Below, in pieces: positions 1 through 10,700 of a stretch of 64,000 bases of DNA (the stretch's first letter is position 1; each line of letters starts with the position of its first letter). The stretch is from Ophelia neglecta (Eukaryota). The DNA is taken from assembly GCA_965285935.1 (NCBI GenBank), contig OZ260662.1, forward strand, positions 119,722,001 through 119,786,000, read 5' to 3'. The notes beneath the pieces were generated by a model. It had not been told where the DNA came from. It searched no databases and worked only from the letters and a program-made list of their open reading frames with translations. A program made the position numbers and the translations under genes.

Positions 1-1209
1 TTGGCCAACAAAGACATTAATTAAGGATCCAGATATATTTGCTTGTTTGATTAAATAACTCACGATTCTGGGGGACAAAGGATGGAAGTAGATGATTCCG
101 ATACCGGAGGCCGATAAGATTCTGACTTCTACTAACATGGCTTCCAAAAACATGTGCTAATTGACTGACCGGAAAAGGAAGTTGCAGACCAAATCCGCAC
201 CGAAACCCGGAAAACACCCATAGACACGGCGACTACACCAAAACCCGGACCATTTTGACATACATAACAAATCGAGTCTAACAGTTAGTAAAGACCATAT
301 TTTGAAGAACCTCATATGCTGAACTGTTTTATAAATACCCTATGAGCTGACTCAACGTCTGTTAGCTCGTCAAGAGATGTTCAAACAGATGTCCTTGTTG
401 GGTCATTGTTGTTCAGAGATATGATTTTGGGTGGCGAGAATGCGGCACGAATGTATTAGGAATAAAAATTTACCCTCTATGATAAGATTCTGTGACTCAT
501 AGAAAGACGCGTGAATAGACAGGATCCGGTTAGGAAAAATCTGAATATCATTCAGGAAGAAGTTTTATTTTTACCAGTTAAGACGAGGTAGTGGAGTTCT
601 GCGTGCTTTATTTAATTCTGCTGCAAATTCCGCACACTTATCAATCAAATGAGATTGAAAGCCAATAAATGTTTAATTGCTAATGTTTTGATTTATTTTC
701 CCTGATTGTTTTTTTAACAATGCACTTGCTTACACCAAACAGTCAATAAGGAAAGGTAATAATAGTTTGAACAATGTTAAATTACATCATCCTAACCGCA
801 CTATAGACAATGTGTGGGTCCACCTTCACACAGGCCGATGCCAGGGCATGCCACATCGCTTGAATATAATGAGCATCATATGCTAACCGTAAAACATCCG
901 GTAGTGATAGTTCTGTCTAATCGGGCATACAATGTATCACACGGTTGTCGCGTATGATTTGTCACCTGAACCGTCCTATGGGCTTAACATATCGTAGTAG
1001 AGGCCTAACATGAAGGTCACAGAGATCAATCACAGTCATATATGTGTTTAGTAAGGCCGTTAAGCTCCAATTCATAATTCACGTACACTTTGTATCTCAA
1101 TATGAAGGCCCGGAAAAAATCGAGGTCACTCACCTCTTGTGCACAAACGTATGTGTTTAAAGTCAAGACAAGACTAACTCAGTCCACATTTCTGACTGTT
1201 CAAGACAAT

Positions 1210-1297
1210 AAGCGAGATCGGAGTTCCGAGTGCGCATGCTCACAAAAGCTATCCCGGACTTCCGTTTGAGTTTTGGGGGATAAACAAACCCACGTGT
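1210..1297 (+). repeat. Left terminal inverted repeat (19 bp) plus subterminal inverted repeat (1275-1297)
   Basis: 1210-1228 pairs with 7731-7749. GGGGGATAAACAAACCCACGTGT (1275-1297) pairs with 7682-7704 with 1 mismatch. Confidence 0.92.
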
Positions 1298-1399
1298 GTG
1301 ATGGAACTAAAGTTGTTTTTTTTTTACATGCGTGCTTAAGGCTAATAGTCTTGACAAGATTCATTCACATACAAGTAGGTAACACTTAGAGTTCCCAAA

Positions 1400-2971
1400 A
1401 TGAGAATATGTGCATTCACAGACTGTTCTAACAGCACATATGTTCTGAATAGGTGGAAGGCCAAAACTTGCAAAAAGCATGGCTGTTATATGGATGACCC
1501 CAAATGCTGCTGTCCTGTTCCATTTCAACTATTTCCATTTCCTACTGCACAAAAGGACCCACACGCGAGGCTGGCTTGGGCTAAGGCAGTTTATCGAATG
1601 GATGCCAATGGTAAAAATTGGATGCCCACCAAAAATGATAGGATCTGTTCAATTCACTTTGAAGATGGCCGGCCCACCCCTGCCAAACCGTACCCCACCA
1701 AAAACTTGGGTCACACACCTCTCTCGACTCTCACACCAAGAAAGCCCCCTGCCAACCGTAGTGCCCCATCAAGCTCCATTATTAAGGGCAGCACAATGAA
1801 GCCAGAAGATACACTAGAGTTATCAGCTATAAACCAAAATTTCAATGAGTCAGCATCTCATGATCACTCCATGTATGCATATCAGTGTGACTGCTGTGAT
1901 AACTGCCAGTGCCCAGGATGTGTTGATAAAGAAAAAAAACTGAAAACTCTACAGCATGAATTTGATGAGCTTAAGGACAATATCAACAACAAGAAAAATC
2001 ATCCCATCCTGGTTGGAAAGAAAGCCAAAAGTACAACAAAGAGATTTTTATCAAGTGATTATAAAGTACGTACATACACTGGTCTCCCAAGTGTAAATGC
2101 ATTTAATGATATGCTGAAAATGGTGTCAAATAAAGCATCCAAAATGCGGTACTGGAGTGGTGTAAAGAAGACAACTCTAAGTAAGAAGAGGGACTTTAAG
2201 AAAACTCCTAAAAAACCTGGTCCAAATCGACAAACAAGTCTCAGAGAAGAGCTACTTATGGTTCTAATGAAGTTACGCCTTGACCTCATCAATGAATTGC
2301 TTTCAGACTTATTTGGCACTTCAACATCCCAAGTTTCACAAATTTTTAACACCTGGGTAAAATTTTTGTCCAATGAACTGCGTGCTCTCTTGTTTTGGCC
2401 ACCTATGGAAGTCATACGTCCAATGCTGCCTAAATCCTTAGCAGATTATCCCAAACTTAGGTGCACGATTGATTGTACAGAGGTTTTTATAGAAAGACCA
2501 CGTGATTTACAGCTTCAGGCTCTCACATGGAGCGACTACAAAAAACACAACACCATTAAATTTCTTGTTGGCATTGCCCCAAATGGATCAATTACATTTC
2601 TCTCAGATGCTTGGGGTGGCCGCGCCTCGGATCAAAAAATCACAAGGGAATCTGGATTTTTGGACCTTTTGGATCCAGGTGATATAATTATGGCGGACAG
2701 GGGCTTCACAATTCATGAGGACTTGATGACACGTGGCGCTAATTTAGAAATACCACCTCCAAGCTCTGGCATAGAGCAGATGACAAGAAAAAATGTTGAC
2801 AAAACTAAAGCAATTGCCAATGCCCGAATACACGTGGAAAGGGCAATTGGCAGAATGAAGCAATTCACAATACTGAAAAATGTAATGCCCATGTCTCTGG
2901 TGCCCCTCGCTGATGATATCATCCAAGTTTGTGCAGCTCTGACCAATTTAATGCCTCCTCTTGTAACTTAG
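1400..2971 (+). CDS. THAP-domain Harbinger/ISL2EU-family DDE transposase, 523 aa, intronless
   Basis: N-terminal THAP (CAFTDC...FPFP...W...RICSIHF...PYPT), coiled coil, HTH_Tnp_4-like segment (EELLMVLMKLRL...LSDLFGTSTSQVSQIF), and DDE_Tnp_4-type triad IDCTE / MADRGF / RIHVERAIGRMK. Uninterrupted ORF. Confidence 0.95.
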   Translation: MRICAFTDCSNSTYVLNRWKAKTCKKHGCYMDDPKCCCPVPFQLFPFPTAQKDPHARLAWAKAVYRMDANGKNWMPTKNDRICSIHFEDGRPTPAKPYPTKNLGHTPLSTLTPRKPPANRSAPSSSIIKGSTMKPEDTLELSAINQNFNESASHDHSMYAYQCDCCDNCQCPGCVDKEKKLKTLQHEFDELKDNINNKKNHPILVGKKAKSTTKRFLSSDYKVRTYTGLPSVNAFNDMLKMVSNKASKMRYWSGVKKTTLSKKRDFKKTPKKPGPNRQTSLREELLMVLMKLRLDLINELLSDLFGTSTSQVSQIFNTWVKFLSNELRALLFWPPMEVIRPMLPKSLADYPKLRCTIDCTEVFIERPRDLQLQALTWSDYKKHNTIKFLVGIAPNGSITFLSDAWGGRASDQKITRESGFLDLLDPGDIIMADRGFTIHEDLMTRGANLEIPPPSSGIEQMTRKNVDKTKAIANARIHVERAIGRMKQFTILKNVMPMSLVPLADDIIQVCAALTNLMPPLVT

Positions 2972-3715
2972 ATTGAGACGAAAAACCAATCATGCCTTTG
3001 ATTAAGTGAAACCATACCTTTTAGAAAATAATAAAAGTAGAAAGTGTCTTTTGAAATTATGTACAATTTGGTTTATTGCCATAGCAAAGCTCATGTTAAG
3101 AATGCCACCCTAAACTTTACAAATACTGTAATGAAAAATACATTGGACAATAAAAGGTAGTATTTGAATTTTTTTCTTTCAATCATTGTAACTACTTCCT
3201 TTCAGTGCATTCTATTTATATTTTACACTATAGGAAACTATACACTATAGGATAAAGGTAAAAAATCTTGTTAACTTAAGCATATAAACTGAATGTCTGG
3301 TTACATTACATTGAATTGAAAAATATTATCAGAAAACTGTATTGCTCTAAATGGAAAAATATGATATACAATTATTTTACATTACTCAAGTATACAATGC
3401 ATGCATGATATTGTATTACAGGCTGGCAAAGTTTTAATTGATTTGTACTAATTTGCCGCAGGGGCATTTATATTAAATGGTAATATTACATAAATTTTTG
3501 TGTGTGTGTGTATTAATGTGTAATAATGAATTTAATGACAATTTCACAATTCCAAGGGGAAAACATGTAGAAATAAAAAAAATAGAACAAATTTACTGCA
3601 AAATGGGAATTTCTTCCAACTTACACATTGATAATCCATCTATTTATTTCATTAGCAATATCTAACTAGTACGCCCAATGCATAAGTTTGTGAGAGCAAG
3701 ATGATAATAACCTGC

Positions 3716-5151
3716 CTAGCCACTATGATGGTTTTCACCTATTTCACAATCTGGGCATAGCCAGTCATCACTTTCGTCGTCATACCCAACACACCCCCAG
3801 TGAAACCAAGTATTACATTTGTCACAACAAACACTGTTATCTTCCTCCCCTCCCACATCCTCTGTATACTTGCATACCCTTTGACACACTCCACAGACAT
3901 AGACTGGCCTGGGTTCCAACTTCCTTTTCTTTTGTCTGCGTAGACGGTGAGTGGTTACAGTAAAGGGATTTATGGACATTTCAAGGGAGTCAGTTGCCAA
4001 TGTGCTGAAAGAATGTTTTTCAGCAACAGACTGGGTAACTACGACTTGAGCTGGAGGAGTTAGACGCAATGGAGAAGGATTCAGATCACATGTCGATGGA
4101 CCTGGAGTCATATAGGATGTTGATAGAGCAGGAGCCAAAGCAGAATCACTGTTTTTTGTAACTAGCATTGGAGCCATGTACTGTTGAAAAAAATTGAGAG
4201 AAGCCTCCTTTAACTGCTCCCATCTGTCCTTGTCTTGAGGAATTCTCTCCATGTGATAGCCCTGTTTGGTGTATACAAAGAAATCACACCAATGTCTCTG
4301 TGTAACTGCCATTTGTGTAACCATCTGGCTGTAGTAGGGGTGCATTTTCTTTAGGACCTGGACCTCCTGACCTTGCAGGTATCCAAGATTGGCATCTTTT
4401 GGATGCTGGTGAGCAATACTGATAGGACACTTGATCTCCAATAGGCCTTCTCCACAGCATGAGCAGCTGACAAGTCCATCAGGACTAGCTCCAATAAATA
4501 TGGTGTCTGGCAAAATACAAAGCCCTGCCTCCTTGACACTCACATTGTGATGTCCTTGGTCTTTAAGAGCTTGAACATAGCGGTCTCTAGCCTCAGGTTC
4601 GGTCTGTCGCCCATACTTCAGGGCAGCCACGTTGCAATTGTCATCAGTACTAATAGAACAGAGTTTCTTCAGCAAGCGGCTCGGGTCCTTACTTCTCAGA
4701 GATGTTAGAGATTTCAGAGTGTTCATTTTGGTCCAAACATTGTGGATGGTTGATGCAGTTATCATGCCAACCCGATGCTCTTTCCAAGTGGAGGAGTTGG
4801 CTTGTCCTCTCGTACACTCTTCCAATGCATGAACCTGAGAGGGGCTGTAGACAGGAAGAGAATCAAAGAACATTTTGCTGGACTCTGCTTGCGCTGCAAT
4901 TTGAGCTAAAGGAAGTGGCACTGATGCTGATGTTTCTGCTTCTACTTCTTTGCCCACATTAATGTCTGCTTCAACGGAATACTGAGGAGGACCCGGCACG
5001 TGCACATACTCAAATATGCAGGCATTTCTGCAGCTACCATACATTGAGTTCATAATATCTGTTAAAGTTGGTGGTGCCTGATTGGTGATACAACGTGACT
5101 GCGTAGGTCTGAACAGCTGACGTGCAGGAGGGTTGACAGAATTTCCTTGGC
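3716..5151 (-). CDS. Last exon of transposon accessory gene: YqaJ-like (lambda exonuclease family) nuclease domain plus C-terminal PHD finger
   Basis: TRGQ...W...R.G.ITAS, YGRQTEPEA, GASPDG...LLEIKCP (PD-ExK), YYSQ...QM...WCDF. PHD: CGVC...CCDKCNTWFHWGCV...WLCPDC. Acceptor tctttttag|GC at 5151 is phase-compatible with the upstream exon. Confidence 0.92.
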
Positions 5152-5501
5152 CTAAAAAGAAACACACACACAAATATTAATTGCACAAACAATAAAAAAT
5201 ACATGAAATGTGAAAGGCTATTTCTCAAGTGCTTTGCTTGGTGTCCCTGCTTGTTTACTGTAAAACATTTAATTTTTTTCATGAGCTCTTTATTTGAGGA
5301 TTTTTAGAGCAACTTTAACACAGTAAAACTAAAGGGCATGTGAATATCAAGGACTTGCAAGAGGCTATTGAATCGATGTTAGGTCTGAAACACAAAAATT
5401 AAAAGGCAGAAAAATTAACTGTGTATATTAAAGACTGTGCAATATAAGGGTTTTACAGTATACATGTAGTGCTATTGTGAATACAGATTCCAACCTTATA
5501 C

Positions 5502-5692
5502 CTTTTTTCTTGTAATGGGGCTTTTTAATGTCCATGTTTTGCACTTTCTTTGCCTCAATGCTAGCTCCTTTAGCACCAAACTGGTTCCATTCACATGGAC
5601 GTGATGTACAGGAAGGGTTTGTCCATCCTCGAGTCCAGGCATGTTCCACCTTGAAAAGGACTGCAGCGACATGGTTGCATGTGGAGCCGAGG
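5502..5692 (-). CDS. Internal exon of YqaJ gene with the C-terminal half of a SWIM zinc finger
   Basis: LGSTCNHVAAVLFKVE...SCTSRPCEWN. Acceptor ttttacag|C at 5692, donor G|gtataa at 5502. Confidence 0.85.
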
Positions 5693-6453
5693 CTGTAAAA
5701 AACAGTACTTGTGAATAAATGTTCATTGGTGCAAACACACATTTTAAAGTTATAGTGACTTACTTCATGAGACATTATTTTGGACTAAAAGGAGATTAAT
5801 GAAACTGACTAAAATAAAATTTAATATATAGTTTGGCAATTTTTTGACCAAGATGCCATGTGTATGCAATATACAGTTTACCATAGACCATATAGGCTTT
5901 TATTTTATACTCTGAAAAAGAAGAGGAGGCTGGCTTATTTTCTCACATAGTGACAAAAGGGATGAGGGACCCTTTTTTATTTGGATTTGCATCGAGGGGT
6001 GAGGCAGGCTTTTTAAATTGGTACAGTAAGGTGACGCAAGTTTTTCACCTTATTATGGTAAAGTGGCAATTCATTTGGTGGGCTAGATTTAGTTTCAGAA
6101 GTTTCAGGCACCTAAAGGATAATCCTTTCATAGTGGGTGTATGGGAGGGGACTTAGGACTTGTCTCCACACAGAGACAACACATGAATATATTATGAAGT
6201 AAAAAGAAGATAATTTTTATAAAGCACATAGATGTTCAGAGAAGTAAAATGAGGGTTTTTAAGTGTACATGTGGACTTTTCAATGCCCATGATATACGTA
6301 CACATAGTAGAACAATTGACTACTAGTAGCCTACAGGCCACCCCACCCCTGGCCTGGTGACCCCCTCACCCATCCCAGAGCACCCCCTCCCTCAGCATCC
6401 CTCCCATCCCCTCTATCCCAAAGCAACCCCTCTATCAATAGCACCCATTTATT

Positions 6454-6874
6454 CAGGGGCAGATCCAGGAATATTTTTTTTCATTTTTTTTGTCGCCCCC
6501 CCCCCCCCCACCCCCCCACCCCCCTTGGATATCAAATGGTCCGTCGCTTAGGGACGTTAGGACTCCAAAATTGACCCTTTCTTATGACATACATGTAACC
6601 TAATGTCATGAAATACAGGTTATTTTCTGGCCTAGGCAGCGGTATGTAGCTTGGGCAGGGAACTGGGGAAAGTTCCTGGTTAGGGATTATTTTGGCAAAT
6701 AGCAACCCTTTGTTAGGGATATTTCCCTAGAAACCATACGCTTTATCAGGGAAGAATTCAACGAAAAGGTACCCTTGGTTTAGGGAAGTTTTGAGGAAAA
6801 ACGACCCTTCTCGGCCGCACATACCCGGGCGGTAGGCCGGAGAATGGAAGTGCCGCCCCCCCCCCCCCCCCGGG
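6454..6874. mobile_element. Chimeric non-autonomous DNA transposon (MITE) fragments in intron 1 of the YqaJ gene
   Basis: Unpaired MITE-type termini: CAGGGGCAGATCCAGG (6454), poly-C-TTGGATATCAAATGGTCCGTCGCTTA (to about 6550) and GAAGTGCCGC-poly-C-GGG (to 6874). Each resembles an end common in marine invertebrate MITEs, and none has its partner nearby. Confidence 0.5.
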
Positions 6875-6961
6875 CATCAACACATGAGTGAAAATATAAA
6901 TAATAATTTATAAACGCTGAGGGGCCCTAGGGTGTATTAGTGCATCTATATGTGTACACAC

Positions 6962-7191
6962 CTGTACATACGAGCTTGCTCCTTCATGGTCTCCTCCGAG
7001 CTAATAATAGGTGCTGCCTTCATCTGGTGAGCACCGTACGCCAGTGATACAAGTTCGTCTTTCTTCTTGCCAGCGTATTTCAAGCCTCTTTTCCTTAAAA
7101 ATTTTTTCAATGCATCTACTTTCCACCTGCGAAAATCTGCGAGGCACATCTCGCCTTCTGGTTCTTCGCCTGCCACCCTAAGACTTGCCAT
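6962..7191 (-). CDS. First coding exon of YqaJ gene, SAP-like domain
   Basis: MASLRV...WKVDALKKFLRKRGLKYAGKKKDELV fits the SAP pattern. Donor AG|gtgtgt at 6962. Joining the three exons (230+191+1436 nt) gives an open 618-aa frame. Confidence 0.8.
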
Positions 7192-7681
7192 GGATTTGGA
7201 TGATTTGACATAAACTCTAAAGTGCAACTTTCGGAAGATTTGTTGGGCGCTTGCTCATAAAAAGTTAATGACCGCGTGACCTCTAGCCCCGTAGATGGAC
7301 ACTGAGTCCAAGGATTAGGGCTGGATTGCGCAGCCGGAAATTCCAATTCGGGGGTCATTTTAAGGGTCTATTTCTGTCACATTAAAGAGAAAAATTGTCT
7401 TATTTCAAAAACGTGTGGTGAAAAATGGATTCGCTTTTGCTTTAGATGGTAGTGTGCCCGGCCCCTCCTCTCCCGGCTAGGGCCAACCCTACCGGGCCCC
7501 GTGCTTTCTAGACTTTTAAAATGGCTCCCAAACTTGCTGAAATTAGCTGTGCGATTTATTCTTTTACTTGTGGCTTATTAATAGATTGAATCATTGAACC
7601 GCGTGTAAAATGAGAGCCTTCCGTCGAGTCCTGCATGGCGCTCCCGGATTGCGCTCTTGCCCATAGATGCCGCACAAGTTA

Positions 7682-7749
7682 ACACGTGGCTTTGTTTATC
7701 CCCCGTGCATCCCATGAGCCTTTGCGTGCCCGGAACTCCGATCTCGCTT
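7682..7749 (-). repeat. Right subterminal and terminal inverted repeats
   Basis: ACACGTGGCTTTGTTTATCCCCC (7682-7704) and CGGAACTCCGATCTCGCTT (7731-7749) mirror the left end. Confidence 0.92.
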
Positions 7750-10700
7750 ATTAAAGTCTGAAACAGGGATAATGATTTGGATCTACCACCCAGCAGGCAA
7801 TGAAAGAAAACTCGTTATCTTGCAGATTAGCAATCACACTTGTTTTAACGCTAATGCTATGTGCTAGTGCCATTTATTGCATTTAATGCCTAATCCCAAC
7901 TCTTACTGTGAGGAGCCAGTAACATATACAATATCAATGCAGTGCCACATCGATTCTCCCACAATATATTACAAGATTCGGCAAATTTATATGATTTCTA
8001 TAATTTCACTTTGCAGAATAATAGGATTGATTCTTTTGGGAGCTAAACATTCTTTATGGTGTAATCTTTTAAAAGACGTGTTCCTTCAATATCTATGAAA
8101 GAAGGGTGCGGAAGCTGGGGAACAATCCAGAGTCAAAGACGGGGGAGAAAATTTTATAACATATAATGGTTCTTCATTTCTCATTTTACAACAGAGATCT
8201 TTGTTTAGTAAGATAAGCTGTATTTTTCAGGCCACATGCACATTTGACAACAGTAAATAAAATATTATCGGAACTCCTAACAATAAAAAACACTCCCTCG
8301 GGTCAATAATCTGTCCCTTGCCACGCCACTGGTATTGACAAAGGAGGCTTCGTAACAAACAGATCTGGTCTGTAAGGTGTCATTTATTTTAAATGAATAA
8401 ACACGTATGCCAAAAAGGTAAACGGGATTAAAATTTAAGTCTAAGAAGGCAAATCGACTACATAATATATTAGACTTCCCCTTGCTTTAAAAGTGCTATA
8501 GATAAACTAAAAGTATTAATAACTCCGGGAACAACTGGGAAGGACCATGGGTTTCGACCTGTAACTGGTCTCATTTCTGCTTGATTCATCATCGCTTTCC
8601 TTCAATAGAAAATAAACTAGCACCAACAAAATATCTGAATATGTAAACTTTTAGGACAGACGTACATACAAAAACACGGTATTGCATGCACTAGTTTTTT
8701 TATATGCATTGGCCGTCACTGAAAGCAACAGGTGGTCTCTTAATGAAAAAAGGTAGTAAATCATATAGGCGGAAGAGTGATAATCAACAGACTGTTCTGC
8801 AAAAAAAATGATATAATTATATAAACATATATATTTAAAACGCACATACAGGTATATCATCTTGAAATAACACTGACATTGACACTAACCAAACCTAATG
8901 ATGTATCTTCCCGTGTTCCTATGTAGGAGCAATACAATTATTGCGCTTTATTCGTTTAGAAATACTAAACAACTATTTTGTGTCACCATATTCGTCCCTT
9001 TCATCAACGGTCCATTCTTCCGCATCTAGCTTTGCTATGTTTCAATTCGATGAAAATTATCTTCGATCTTCACTATGTTTCATATCTGCCAGTCCTCGTT
9101 CACCTATCCTCGTTTTATCATAGCAGGGTTTTATGCTACATAGTGCTGGGATTGGTTTTGTAGGCGTGTAGATTACGTTTCCCGATGATTTCGGAGCGAA
9201 TTAATAGATTTTTCTTGATCAATGATTTATGAACTGTCTGTCTTTTATCCACTCCCCTTATCGGCATCTTACAGCTATAGTTAATATATTATTTCTAAAA
9301 TAAGGATATTTTGAATGTTGAGCATTTCATATATAACAACCTAGAATATTTGTGTATAGATAGACAAGGGGAGCTACTTATGGCACACGCACTCAACCTT
9401 TTATTAACATTGCTTGGGCGCTAGTTAATGATTCAATTAAACCAAACTCTGACTAGCTAGTTCTGGCCGTTGTGCTAATGCTTGTAACATTTCCCTTCAG
9501 CCGAGTGGGTGTAACACTTCGCTAATGTCACCTTGATCCAAGTGCGCGAAGAACAGCCAGCCAAGACTGGCTAAACTATTCTTACAATCTAGGCTATATG
9601 TCTTACACTTCAAACCAGATTACTTTTTTTATTTTAGGTAGGCTTCCTTTTTAATTGTATCCACAGTTCAAAGGCTTGGGACTTACAATATGCCAGGATG
9701 TATATAGATCAAGTTTACACCAAAGTAAAACATGGCTAACACTTACTTTGTGCTTATTTGTATTTAAGCACCAAAACGACGCTACATCAATATAGTGGGA
9801 ATGGAAAACCGACAAACAAAAAATCAATAAAGTCCATTGAACGGCCAGAAATCACCAGGAAAAGTTGTTTATAATAGTCTTACGTTATGTCAACACTGTA
9901 AATTCCCCAAGAGCCACTGCTCGATACTGCCTTTCTCCATTAATAACACTGGCCTGTCGGCTATTGGCGTTCCATCTGTTTCTAAAAGCCACTGTTACCG
10001 ATTTTTACGCAAGCTCTTGTGAGGCGCTTTGCACTGACATCTTCATTGTCCTTGGATCACAAAATGTCTTGTGATGTGTTAAAATAGGCCAGTGACATGT
10101 TATCCTAATGACCTACCATTATATATGGCCTTTTAATATCCCGAGAGTCTACCCGCCTCATTCATCGAGACGTGATAAGGAATTCCAATTATCAGGGCAC
10201 TTGTGGCTGACTTATAGTCTATTGGACTTGCTATTCGTGATATATTGGCCCCATATCCGTTCCCCATGGACAGTTCTAGCTCAGTGTGAATCATTCAAAT
10301 CCACGTTCATAAACATTCCTGGGCCAACCGATGTTCACAGCTGATAAACTCCTTGTTATAGATTCAGAATAACAGTCACGTGGTACAATTCGAGATGATT
10401 ATCCACTGATTTTACTGGTCTATGTCATCTAAAATAAACAGTATCTAACATATCACGAACAAGCTGCTCCGGAAGAGATTTAACTGTCATAAAACACCGA
10501 CTAGCTTTTAAGGGGAGTATAAAGTAGTTAGTTTTCTATGCGGACCACCTGATGAATCAATTAAAGGTTTCAGAAATTTAATTCTTATATATAGCCACAA
10601 GGAGCTTTTAATATTTTTGTCTACGACTTCTTCAAACCGTATAGTATTGTAAATTTTGTTACTAGCTCCCAGCCCAGAAATACTCAACTGAGATTCCTTT

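Larger units (their letters stand above)
1210..7749. mobile_element. ISL2EU-type DNA transposon (PIF/Harbinger-ISL2EU-Spy group) carrying two convergent genes
   Basis: AAGCGAGATCGGAGTTCCG (1210-1228) is the exact reverse complement of 7731-7749. Both ends are flanked by AT (1208-1209 and 7750-7751), matching the AT TSD known for ISL2EU. Encloses a THAP+DDE transposase and a YqaJ-family gene, the known ISL2EU gene pair. Confidence 0.93.

Noticed and set aside
1479-4962. Small overlapping or antisense ORFs inside the transposon genes
   Set aside because: Shadow ORFs of real coding sequence with no recognisable motifs.
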